Shown: positions 21,276-29,836 of the stretch, piece by piece
Layout: the number at the start of each line of letters is the position of its first letter
How positions within the stretch are numbered: the stretch's first letter is position 1
Assembly: GCA_965219575.1 (NCBI GenBank)
Contig: OZ244779.1
Span: 1,068,769 to 1,132,768 of the forward strand
Length of the DNA: 64,000 bases
Reading direction: 5' to 3'
DNA from: Candidatus Oxydemutatoraceae bacterium
GTDB taxonomy: Bacteria; Pseudomonadota; Gammaproteobacteria; Poriferisulfidales; Oxydemutatoraceae
Made by a program: the position numbers and the translations under genes
Notes under the pieces: model-generated
Seen by the model: the letters and a program-made list of their open reading frames with translations, nothing else
The model's database searches: none
Told to the model about the DNA's origin: nothing

Positions 21276-21826
21276 CATTTCATTTAAGTTTTGGTCTTGA
21301 AAATGGGGGAAGGTCAGACCAATTGCGACGGCGACGGTGCTTCCGGGATTTACTTGCGTCTCGCAAAGCGGATACACCGAACTCGTCAAAGCACTTTTTT
21401 CAGCGGTATAGAGTGGAACGGCTCACTCCGACAAAGTCTTGGGTTGCGTTTAAGCCGTGTTTGTTCCATGTCTAGTGCATTAAGTTTTTGTTTGGCATCT
21501 GTTGCCATCATAGCCTCCATTTTGTTGGGAAAAGAGGCTATTTTATAAAAACCTATAATGCGGTAGCCGATGTGCTGATTGCGCATGTCGGCTACTTTAA
21601 TTTAGGAGATATTTTCCCGCTAGAAAAAGCACTTTTCCTAGCGGAAAAATTAGGTTCTAAAGAGTCCAATATGTATCTGGCATTATACAAGGATTTTCAT
21701 CGGTAAATCAAAAGGAATATAGTAAAATCACACTATATGACGATGAAAAATAAAATTGCCGCTTGCCGTATCCTAAGTTTCTATGACTAAAATTTTTAAG
21801 GGTATTAAAAGTGCCTTAACAGAACG

Positions 21827-22372
21827 ATGCGATTGATAGTGTTATTGACAGCTTTTTTTGCAATGCTGGCACTATTTGCCGTCGGCTTGAAGTTGGATCC
21901 TTCGCATGTGCCGTCGCCGTTGGTCGGTAAAACGATGCCGGCTTTTGCAGCCGAAGATCTGCAACAACCGACGCAGCGTATAGAACAGAGCGACTGGTTG
22001 GGACAACCTGCGCTGGTTAACATCTGGGCAAGTTGGTGCGTGGCGTGCTTGAACGAACATCCGTTGCTGATGGAATTTTCACGACGCGAAGCATTCCCTA
22101 TCTACGGTATAGGTTATAAGGATGTTCGCGAAGACGCGCTACAATGGCTGGCACGGCACGGCAATCCCTATGCGATGAGTTTGCACGATATCGACGGGCG
22201 CATCGGGATAGATTGGGGTGTGTACGGTGTGCCGGAAACTTTTGTGATAGACCACACCGGTGTTATACACTATAAACATATAGGTCCTATAAACGAGATA
22301 CTGATGCAAGAAACACTGCTACCGCTACTGCAAAGATTACGCACCGAGCAATACGATGAAACCACAGGCTAA
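21827..22372 (+). CDS. ccmG: Thiol:disulfide interchange protein DsbE
   Basis: WASWCVAC, GVYGVPETF. Confidence 0.95.
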   Translation: MRLIVLLTAFFAMLALFAVGLKLDPSHVPSPLVGKTMPAFAAEDLQQPTQRIEQSDWLGQPALVNIWASWCVACLNEHPLLMEFSRREAFPIYGIGYKDVREDALQWLARHGNPYAMSLHDIDGRIGIDWGVYGVPETFVIDHTGVIHYKHIGPINEILMQETLLPLLQRLRTEQYDETTG

Positions 22373-22784
22373 AATCATTTTTCGCATATTGAATATAATT
22401 TTATTGTGGTCTTCGGTATGTTCTATCGCCGTTGCCTTATCGACTACCGGTTTATTGCCCGAACAAGAACAACGCTATCATGATTTGCTTAGAGAATTGC
22501 GTTGCTTGGTGTGCCAGAATCAATCGCTCGCCGAGTCCGATGCCGGTTTGGCAGTCGATTTGCGAGACGAGGTAAAGGCGATGATAATGGAAGGAGCCGA
22601 CGACAACGAGATTTTTAAGTTTATGACCGAGCGATACGGCGATTTTGTTTTGTATCAGCCACCGTTCAAGCCACAGAATTATCTATTGTGGGTTGCGCCG
22701 TTTCTATTATTGTTGATAGGTCTGGCGGTATTAATTAGAAATGTTGCGCAGCAAAACCGTGCGATAAAACCCGAGGCTGATTAA
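22356..22784 (+). CDS. ccmH: Cytochrome c biogenesis protein
   Basis: LRCLVCQNQS, RYGDFVLYQPP. Confidence 0.95.
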   Translation: MKPQAKIIFRILNIILLWSSVCSIAVALSTTGLLPEQEQRYHDLLRELRCLVCQNQSLAESDAGLAVDLRDEVKAMIMEGADDNEIFKFMTERYGDFVLYQPPFKPQNYLLWVAPFLLLLIGLAVLIRNVAQQNRAIKPEAD

Positions 22785-23887
22785 TGCTGGTATTCTGGGG
22801 TGTTGCGGCACTAACATGGCTATTGCTGTTGCTTGTTTTGTTGAAGCCGCTGCTTAGACGGCACGGCGCGAACCAACCGCATCAGCCGAGTGCCTACAAA
22901 AGACGTCTGCTTGTTTCGGTAGCGACGGCGGTTTTTATCGTCGTTTCCAGTGCCTCGCTTTATGTATACTGGTCAAACGGCTATTCGCTGCTCATCGCCT
23001 CTTCCGATAGAGAGAGCAATATGGTGGAATTGACCGAACAGCTGGCTCAAGAACTGGAACAATCTCCGGATAATCCGCAAGGATGGTTATTACTTGCTAA
23101 TTCGTACACCGCACTGGGAGAATACGATAAAGCCGTGACCGCTTATCAGCAGGCGGAACGTTATACCGAACTCGAAGCGTGGGCGCAGATTGCCTATGCC
23201 GAAGTACTGCTTGTTGCCGAAGGTTCGTTGAACGCCAAAGCCAAAGACTTGTTGGAGGTGGCCGTAGCGAGCAGACCCGATGACCCGCAGGGTTTATTTT
23301 TGATAGGGCTTGCGCATCTGGAGCGAGCAGATTATTTGCAAACTATTTCTTATTGGGAACGTTTGCTGGCATTGTTGGAAGCCGACAACCCCTTGGCGAA
23401 TGCGGTGGAGGAGAAGCTCGTCGAAGTCAGAGCATTAGCCGCCGAAGTGCCCGAGACGAGTCGCAACCAACCGCCGCAAGACACATCGGATAAGCAAGCC
23501 GAGGACTCGGAGGCGAGACAATCTACATCCGAGGAAGCACCCTGTTTTATACGCGTCGGTGTCGGCTTGGATGCCGAACTTTATTCAAAAATATCGCCGC
23601 AAGACACATTATTCGTTTATGCAAAAGCGGCAACGGGGCCGCCGATGCCGCTTGCGATTAAGCAATTCACCGCGGATGCTTTGCCGCTGGAAACTTGCTT
23701 GGGACCCGACGATGCGATGATAGGAGGTATGACCATCGACAATTTTGATCCGATTCAAATTATTGCGCGCATCTCAAAATCGGGTTTGGCGGCACCACAA
23801 CCGGGAGATCTGCAAGCTGCAAGCGAACCGTTGCCGACAAAAAATGGTAGTGCGGTTTCTTTGTCGATCGACGAGATATTGGAATAA
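22784..23887 (+). CDS. ccmI: Cytochrome c biogenesis TPR protein (CycH)
   Basis: TM segments, TPR repeats (PDNPQGWLLLA), GPPMPLA and ARISKSG C-terminal domain. Confidence 0.88.
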   Translation: MLVFWGVAALTWLLLLLVLLKPLLRRHGANQPHQPSAYKRRLLVSVATAVFIVVSSASLYVYWSNGYSLLIASSDRESNMVELTEQLAQELEQSPDNPQGWLLLANSYTALGEYDKAVTAYQQAERYTELEAWAQIAYAEVLLVAEGSLNAKAKDLLEVAVASRPDDPQGLFLIGLAHLERADYLQTISYWERLLALLEADNPLANAVEEKLVEVRALAAEVPETSRNQPPQDTSDKQAEDSEARQSTSEEAPCFIRVGVGLDAELYSKISPQDTLFVYAKAATGPPMPLAIKQFTADALPLETCLGPDDAMIGGMTIDNFDPIQIIARISKSGLAAPQPGDLQAASEPLPTKNGSAVSLSIDEILE

Positions 23888-23889
23888 CG

Positions 23890-25131
23890 GTGTCCGTAGA
23901 ATATCTTGTCGGCTGGCGGTATACCCGCGGCAAAAAACATAACCACTTCATCTCTTTCGTATCGCTGATATCTATCTTGGGTATCGCGGTCGGGATTACC
24001 GTTATCATTACCGTACTCTCGGTAATGAACGGCTTCAAGGAAGAGATCAGAAATAAGATACTCGATGTGGTTTCGCATAATACTCTGAGCAGTCTGGACG
24101 GTACCATTGACGACTGGCAAGTGCTTCGTCCCGAGCTTGAGAACGAGCCCGGTGTTGCTGCGACGGCACCCTTCGTCGAGATGCAAGTGATGCTGATGAA
24201 AGGCGATAAGGTCAGAGGGGCTTATGCACGCGGGGTGGTACCCGAACTCGAGAAGCAAGTATCCAACATAGAGGGTTATCTCGAAGCAGGTGAGATTGAA
24301 AGTCTGACAGCCGACGACTATCATATCATCTTAGGACACTCGCTCGCTTTTTCGTTGAGAGCCGAGCTCGGCGATAAGATCACCTTGATCAGTCCGCAAG
24401 CGGCGGTCACCCCGGCCGGTGTATTACCGAGAATGCGGAGCTTCGTCGTGTCGGGGATATTCGATACCGGATTGTCGGAGTTCGACCGCGGTGTCGTATT
24501 GTTAAATCTGGAGGACGCAAGCCGTCTTGCTCGCTTGGACGATAATGTCAACGGTATCCGCCTGCGATTGGACGATCTATTCGAATCCCCCGAACTCAGC
24601 AACCGTCTCAATTTGCGCTTGGGTCCGCAATATTGGGTTACCGATTGGACGCGCAACCACCGTAATTTTTTCAGGGCTCTGGAGATGGAAAAACTGTTAT
24701 TGTTCCTGATCATGGCACTGATTATTGCGGTTGCCGCATTCAATATCATCTCGATGCTGGTGATGGTGGTGATAGAGAAACAATCCGATATTGCCATCTT
24801 GAGAACGATGGGAATGCAGCCTATTCAAGTCATGAAAGTTTTTATAACCCAAGGTTGTCTGATCGGTTTTATGGGCAACATCACCGGTATAGTCGGTGGC
24901 GTACTGCTGGCAAGCTATGTAGAAGATTTGGTGACTGCGATAGAACGCGCAACGGGGGTCAAGTTTTTGTCGCCGGATGTTTATCCGATTACCGAAGTAC
25001 CGTCTAAGTTGATAGCCGAGGATGTTATCGTTGTTGCGGTGCTGACTTTTGTGATGACGGTGTTGTCTACGCTCTATCCGGCGTGGCGTGCGTCGCGCTT
25101 GAGGCCGGCGGAAGTTCTGAGAGGCGGATGA
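23890..25131 (+). CDS. lolE: Lipoprotein-releasing ABC permease (LolC/E family)
   Basis: FISFVSLIS, LSVMNGF, AAFNIIS, DIAILRTMG, LYPAWRA. Confidence 0.9.
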   Translation: MSVEYLVGWRYTRGKKHNHFISFVSLISILGIAVGITVIITVLSVMNGFKEEIRNKILDVVSHNTLSSLDGTIDDWQVLRPELENEPGVAATAPFVEMQVMLMKGDKVRGAYARGVVPELEKQVSNIEGYLEAGEIESLTADDYHIILGHSLAFSLRAELGDKITLISPQAAVTPAGVLPRMRSFVVSGIFDTGLSEFDRGVVLLNLEDASRLARLDDNVNGIRLRLDDLFESPELSNRLNLRLGPQYWVTDWTRNHRNFFRALEMEKLLLFLIMALIIAVAAFNIISMLVMVVIEKQSDIAILRTMGMQPIQVMKVFITQGCLIGFMGNITGIVGGVLLASYVEDLVTAIERATGVKFLSPDVYPITEVPSKLIAEDVIVVAVLTFVMTVLSTLYPAWRASRLRPAEVLRGG

Positions 25132-25820
25132 CGATGAACCCGTTGCTGGAATGTCGGGCGATCACCCGATATTACGACGACGGCGTGTCGCGTACCGAAG
25201 TCCTAAAAGGATTGGATTTAGAGGTGATGCCGGGTAGTACGCTGGCAATCGTCGGTGTATCGGGTTCCGGCAAGAGTACCTTATTGCATCTACTGGGTGG
25301 TTTAGACACGCCGAACGAAGGCGATATCACAATTCAAGGGCAGCGCATCGATACGATGTCGGAGACCGAGCGTAGCCGCTTCAGGAATCGGCATATCGGC
25401 TTTATCTACCAGTTTCATCATCTACTGGGCGACTTTAATGTACTGGAAAATGTGGTGATGCCGTTGCTGTTGCGGGGACAATCTTTTGCTAAAGTAGAAA
25501 GCCTAGGCGCGCAACTACTTGCCAAGACCGGTCTTAAAGAACGGGCAAAACACAAACCGTACCAATTATCGGGCGGGGAACGTCAACGGGTTGCTATCTG
25601 TAGGGCGATGATAACCCAGCCGAGCATTATTTTGGCGGACGAACCGACCGGGCAGTTGGATAGAAATAGTGCCGAAGCCGTCACCACCGAACTATTGAAC
25701 TTGAGTGCCGATAACCGAACCGCATTGATATTTGCCACGCACGATCAAGATTTGGTGAGCCGCTTACCCGAAGTGTATAGAATTGACGGTGGGCTATTGA
25801 ACCGCCGATTGAGCCGGTAG
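25128..25820 (+). CDS. lolD: Lipoprotein-releasing ABC ATPase
   Basis: GVSGSGKS, GFIYQFHHLL, LSGGERQR, ADEPTG; ATG overlaps lolE stop. Confidence 0.93.
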   Translation: MTMNPLLECRAITRYYDDGVSRTEVLKGLDLEVMPGSTLAIVGVSGSGKSTLLHLLGGLDTPNEGDITIQGQRIDTMSETERSRFRNRHIGFIYQFHHLLGDFNVLENVVMPLLLRGQSFAKVESLGAQLLAKTGLKERAKHKPYQLSGGERQRVAICRAMITQPSIILADEPTGQLDRNSAEAVTTELLNLSADNRTALIFATHDQDLVSRLPEVYRIDGGLLNRRLSR

Positions 25821-26020
25821 GTCAATCGGCGGTTCTATTCAGCCTGACGGGATGGTTGTGTCGTGAGGCTGTTGAAAAAATGCTGTTCTGCAAAACTGTA
25901 ACCGCTTGCGCCATTGAATTTACGATAACCACCGAGCCGTAGGGGCGGACTGGCATGTCCGCCCTAAAGTACCGTTCGGCACAAACCCAACCGCTTGCGC
26001 CACCTAATTACGACAACCAC
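25791..26020. repeat. Composite repeat left of RAYT (hairpin, IR, forward REP at 25939-25964)
   Basis: gtaggggcggactggcatgtccgccc; gaggctgttgaaaaaa. Confidence 0.9.
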
Positions 26021-26129
26021 TCGTCGTTTATTTGCTACCGTCTGTCGAATTGCTAAATAGACAAACTCACTATCCTGATAAATTTTTGATATACACATCT
26101 ATTCAATTCTTAACCCACAAGGATTATTT

Positions 26130-26696
26130 ATGAGAAACAAAAATGTCAAACCTAAAACTTATGCTCGCCGTCGTCAATCTATGCGATTGAAAGGATACGA
26201 CTATGCTCAACCGGGAATGTATTTCGTCACAATCTGTGTTCGGAATAAATTATATTTATTCGGCGATATTATCAATAATCAAATGCAATGTAATGATGCC
26301 GGTAATATGCTATGGTTTTGGTTTTATCAAATTGAGCATCAGTTTGCCGGTATAAAATGCGATGAGTGCATGGTGATGCCGAATCACATTCATTTTATTA
26401 TTGCTATTACAGAAGCGCAGCAACAATGCCATTCTATCGTTGCGTATGATAACCAAAAAATATCTTTAAGTTGTATTGTGCGATGGTGGAAGACTATGAC
26501 AACCACAGATTATATTCGTGGTGTTAAGCGATACGGCTGGGAGAGATTCGATAATAAGCTATGGCAGCGCAGTTATTGGGATGGTATTATCGATAATGAG
26601 ATATTTTTACATGAAATCCGTAAATACATCAAATATAACCCACAGAAATGGTCAACCGATACATTGAATACAGAAAATAAAGTTGCAAGGGGTTGA
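26130..26696 (+). mobile_element. REP-associated tyrosine transposase (RAYT, HUH/Y1)
   Basis: RRQSMRLKGYDY..G.YFVTIC, VMPNHIH (HUH), LWQRSY, YIKYNP (catalytic Tyr); flanked by inverted GTAG REPs. Confidence 0.93.
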
Positions 26697-26699
26697 CAT

Positions 26700-27019
26700 G
26701 GGGCTATTGAAAAACAGAACTGTCGATTGAACCAGTAGGTCAATCGGCGTAGCGTTGTGTAGAATTGTGATGCGTTGCGTCTGCACAAATAAAATCGTAC
26801 ACCAGTTAATTTATGGAAACCAAACCCAAATGGCGCAAGCGGTTGCGGCTGTTCAGAACGGCACTTTAGGGCGGACATGTTAGTCCGCCCCTACGGGTGG
26901 GTTGGATAATTATTCGGCGCATAGCGGTTGGGTTCGTGCAGAACGGTACTTTTTCAACAGCCCCACTTCTGCAACCACCCCGTCAGGCTCCGCCTACCAC
27001 CCCTCCGAAGGAGGGGAAT
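26700..27019. repeat. Composite repeat right of RAYT (IR, hairpin, reverse REP at 26869-26894, IR, CCCCTCC repeat)
   Basis: gggcggacatgttagtccgcccctac; actttttcaacagcccc; cccctccgaaggagggg. Confidence 0.9.
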
Positions 27020-27028
27020 GTATCATGT

Positions 27029-28237
27029 TCAATGTCGAGGTGTATTGGCTCCCAGCTCTTTTATGATATGTCTAAATAGTAAATCGGGTTTATAGAAATA
27101 ATCTCGTTTGACAAAATCGGTTGTTAGGTATTTATAAATAGCTATAAATTTGAACCACCGAGGGATTGTATGTGAAGAATTTGTATATAGAAGTTTAGGG
27201 CATGCCCTTGCTCGTACTATCTTAATGTGCGAGTATTGTAGGATATTTTTTTCTACCGAATAGAGCATTGCGTTGTCGCTCTCTTTTTTGTCTTTATTAA
27301 TAACCAAAGCCTTTAATTCCGGAAAATCGAAATATCGGTATACGGTGTAGTTTTTATTTAGAAAATCAAAATAGCGAGGCTCAGTAATATCCGACATCAG
27401 GTATATTATCGAGCCTTCGGGTATTGCGTGTTTCAGGATGCGCTTGAGGTTGTTTTGGTTCGCACCGTATTGATTACTAATATGCTTGAGTGAGTCGTTA
27501 CCTCGTACATGCAAGCAAGCATAATAAAGCGGATATTCCTGTGAAAAATTTACTTTATAGTTATTTTGTCCTTGTTGTAGCGGCGCATTGTGGTAAAAGA
27601 AAAAGCGTTTTTTCACGCTATCGAGGCTGGTGCCTATAGATTTTAGGACGATGTCGCTTAGACCTTCGACTTTGCTTGAAGGATGAAGACTTACCAACAG
27701 ACGGTCGGCACCGTCGTCGTAGCGATAGCGATTCGTTCTTCGTACTATGACTTTATATTGATCGTTTTGTTGCGCAGTAATACACTCGTTGTTTTCCATG
27801 ATAAGTAGGTTTTCGTTGATCGGTGTAGGGGCGTGCTTAGAGTCTTCGCCCACGAAGTTGCCGGTTTTAAGAACGGCTTCGGGATTATCGGTATAGGTGC
27901 TTAAATCAAAATCCTCCTCGCTGATATAGCGCAAAGGTTTTTCTACTCTTCGCATACCCCCATTATTTTCTAATTCGCATATTTCGGTTTTTGCTAAATT
28001 GATATAACGTTCAAATTCGATATTTTTGTATTCGGGTTTGTTTTTGATGTCGGCGGCGGTAATTTGGCTATATACGAGATTTTGGTAGTGCCATATAGCG
28101 AATTTCCTCAGAACAAGGACTCTATCTAGTCGCACGGCTTCTTTAATAGCACATTTTAGGGTACTGAGCTTGTGATCCAGCCCGGCCGGAAAGCAATTCG
28201 CGGTATCAAATATCAGATAGTTGTCGCTTGTTTCCAT
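27029..28237 (-). CDS. Putative O-fucosyltransferase-like glycosyltransferase
   Basis: GLxH...EAVRLDRVLVL N-terminal motif, YACLHVRGND, IYLMSD, MLYSVEKNIL; paralog of upstream gene. Confidence 0.55.
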   Translation of the reverse strand: METSDNYLIFDTANCFPAGLDHKLSTLKCAIKEAVRLDRVLVLRKFAIWHYQNLVYSQITAADIKNKPEYKNIEFERYINLAKTEICELENNGGMRRVEKPLRYISEEDFDLSTYTDNPEAVLKTGNFVGEDSKHAPTPINENLLIMENNECITAQQNDQYKVIVRRTNRYRYDDGADRLLVSLHPSSKVEGLSDIVLKSIGTSLDSVKKRFFFYHNAPLQQGQNNYKVNFSQEYPLYYACLHVRGNDSLKHISNQYGANQNNLKRILKHAIPEGSIIYLMSDITEPRYFDFLNKNYTVYRYFDFPELKALVINKDKKESDNAMLYSVEKNILQYSHIKIVRARACPKLLYTNSSHTIPRWFKFIAIYKYLTTDFVKRDYFYKPDLLFRHIIKELGANTPRH

Positions 28238-29249
28238 CGTATTGCGTGGTGTGCCCGATTAAAGATTGATACCATGATAGAAACTTGTATCGCCAAGGGG
28301 TCGTGTGGGAAGCGTTGCTATAGATTATAGGAAAACCGGATAGATCTTCAAAAGGAGTCATTTTAATAGCGGCGTATTGCAGAATATTTTTTTCTACCGA
28401 GTAGAGCATCGCGCTATTGATTCTCTTTTTATTTTTGCCGGAAACCAGAGCTTTTAATTCCGGGAAGTCGTAGTACCGATATAGGGTACATTGTTTTTTA
28501 AGCGGTTCAAAATAATCGGCATCATCGATATCCGATATAACATAAACGGTTCTATCTTTGGTTATTCTAGCTCTTTTGAAGATTGCTCGGATTTGACGGA
28601 TGCTGGTTGCGTATAGTTTTTCGGGTGTAACCGTAGTATCGCCGTGTTGCAAACATAGGCAGGCATAATGAGCCGGACCGGCAGGCGTTTTCGTTTGGTA
28701 AAAGTCGGAGTTCGCTGCGTAATCGACACCGTAGTGAATCTCGGCACATTGTTTTACCGCTTCAAGGCCGGTTCCCATGGCATTTAGCACGATATCGCTG
28801 AGGCGATCAACTTCTTCCGAAGCGGGAAGGTGTACTAAAATATCCGCATAACGATGGCTATATTTATCGCCGGTTATTTTTCGTACGATCACTTCGTATT
28901 GATGACTCGGTTCTGCAGAAATGGATTTATTTTTCACCGACAGCACTTCGTTGTCGGAATATGCTTTTAGATCGAAATCTTCTGCATTGATATAGTGAAA
29001 CGGTTCGTTAAGTTGTTCGATATCGCCGTCTATTATTCTGCATATTCGGGTTTTGTTTAAGTCCACATAACGATCGAAACCGGTATTTTTGAGCGTACGG
29101 CCGAAGTTGCCGCCGGCACCGATAGTAAATGTTCCGACAACGAGCGTTCTATTCAGGTACACCGCTTCTCGGACGGCATCGCTTAATATATCGAGTGCAT
29201 GCTCTATATTTCTAAGCGGTTTTTTTATATCGAGTAATAAATACTTCAC
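28206..29249 (-). CDS. Paralog of the O-fucosyltransferase-like protein with degenerate HxR motif
   Basis: EAVYLNRTLVV, YACLCLQHGD, VYVISD, YDFPELKALV, AMLYSVEKNILQY shared with 27029-28237. Confidence 0.55.
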   Translation of the reverse strand: MKYLLLDIKKPLRNIEHALDILSDAVREAVYLNRTLVVGTFTIGAGGNFGRTLKNTGFDRYVDLNKTRICRIIDGDIEQLNEPFHYINAEDFDLKAYSDNEVLSVKNKSISAEPSHQYEVIVRKITGDKYSHRYADILVHLPASEEVDRLSDIVLNAMGTGLEAVKQCAEIHYGVDYAANSDFYQTKTPAGPAHYACLCLQHGDTTVTPEKLYATSIRQIRAIFKRARITKDRTVYVISDIDDADYFEPLKKQCTLYRYYDFPELKALVSGKNKKRINSAMLYSVEKNILQYAAIKMTPFEDLSGFPIIYSNASHTTPWRYKFLSWYQSLIGHTTQYDGNKRQLSDI

Positions 29250-29785
29250 TTGCTTTTATATGCGTTCACCCCGTTATCTCTTCTAATGCGACGCTGCTTT
29301 AGATAAGAAAGTATATGTATACGCCATAAAACTTTAACCGTTGTATATCCGACTATGGAGGATATACAACTCATGACAAAGCAACCCAATAAGAAGGGTT
29401 GCCATAGATGGCTAATTTCCAAAATTTGATTCATATCCGACGAATCATGAAATTCGCTCATCGGTGTTTGTAATATCAGCTGTCCCACTTTGTAGCATAG
29501 ATAGAATATCGGTGCGACCGTGAGCGGGTTGCTAATCCACACGAGTAATATCGACACCGGGATATTCGCACCGATCCAAACCGCGATCAATGCTGCCGGG
29601 ATCATTTGAAAAGGTATCGGGATAAATACGCAGAATAACCCGACGGCAAAGGCGTTGGCGATCGAGTTGCGGTTGACATGCCACAGATTTTCTTTGTGGA
29701 TCAGGGTATCGAGGTACTTGAGCTGAGGGTGCGTTCGCATCTCGTGCATTTTCGGGGAAAGTCGTTTTATCAGTTTTTTAGGCAT
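29246..29785 (-). CDS. DUF2062 family membrane protein
   Basis: LWHVNRNSIANAFAVGLF, PIPFQMI, WISNPLT; divergent from comEC. Confidence 0.88.
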   Translation of the reverse strand: MPKKLIKRLSPKMHEMRTHPQLKYLDTLIHKENLWHVNRNSIANAFAVGLFCVFIPIPFQMIPAALIAVWIGANIPVSILLVWISNPLTVAPIFYLCYKVGQLILQTPMSEFHDSSDMNQILEISHLWQPFLLGCFVMSCISSIVGYTTVKVLWRIHILSYLKQRRIRRDNGVNAYKSK

Positions 29786-29836
29786 CTTCGGCAGTTTTAT
29801 TAACCACGCATATTTTAAGCTACTTATGATGTTTTC

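Noticed and set aside
25800-25835. Hairpin module as an FNR box or simple rho-independent terminator
   Set aside because: TTGA-N9-TCAA spacing does not fit TTGAT-N4-ATCAA, there is no consistent U-tract, and most copies sit inside other repeats
26689-26698. gggttgaca at the RAYT stop matches the IS terminus
   Set aside because: Only 9 bp and lacks the adjacent acatttctacttt; likely chance
26833-26844. GCAAGCGGT resembles the Actinobacillus-type DNA uptake sequence ACAAGCGGT, and comEC is nearby
   Set aside because: By eye it occurs only inside the repeat elements, not scattered through coding DNA as uptake sequences are
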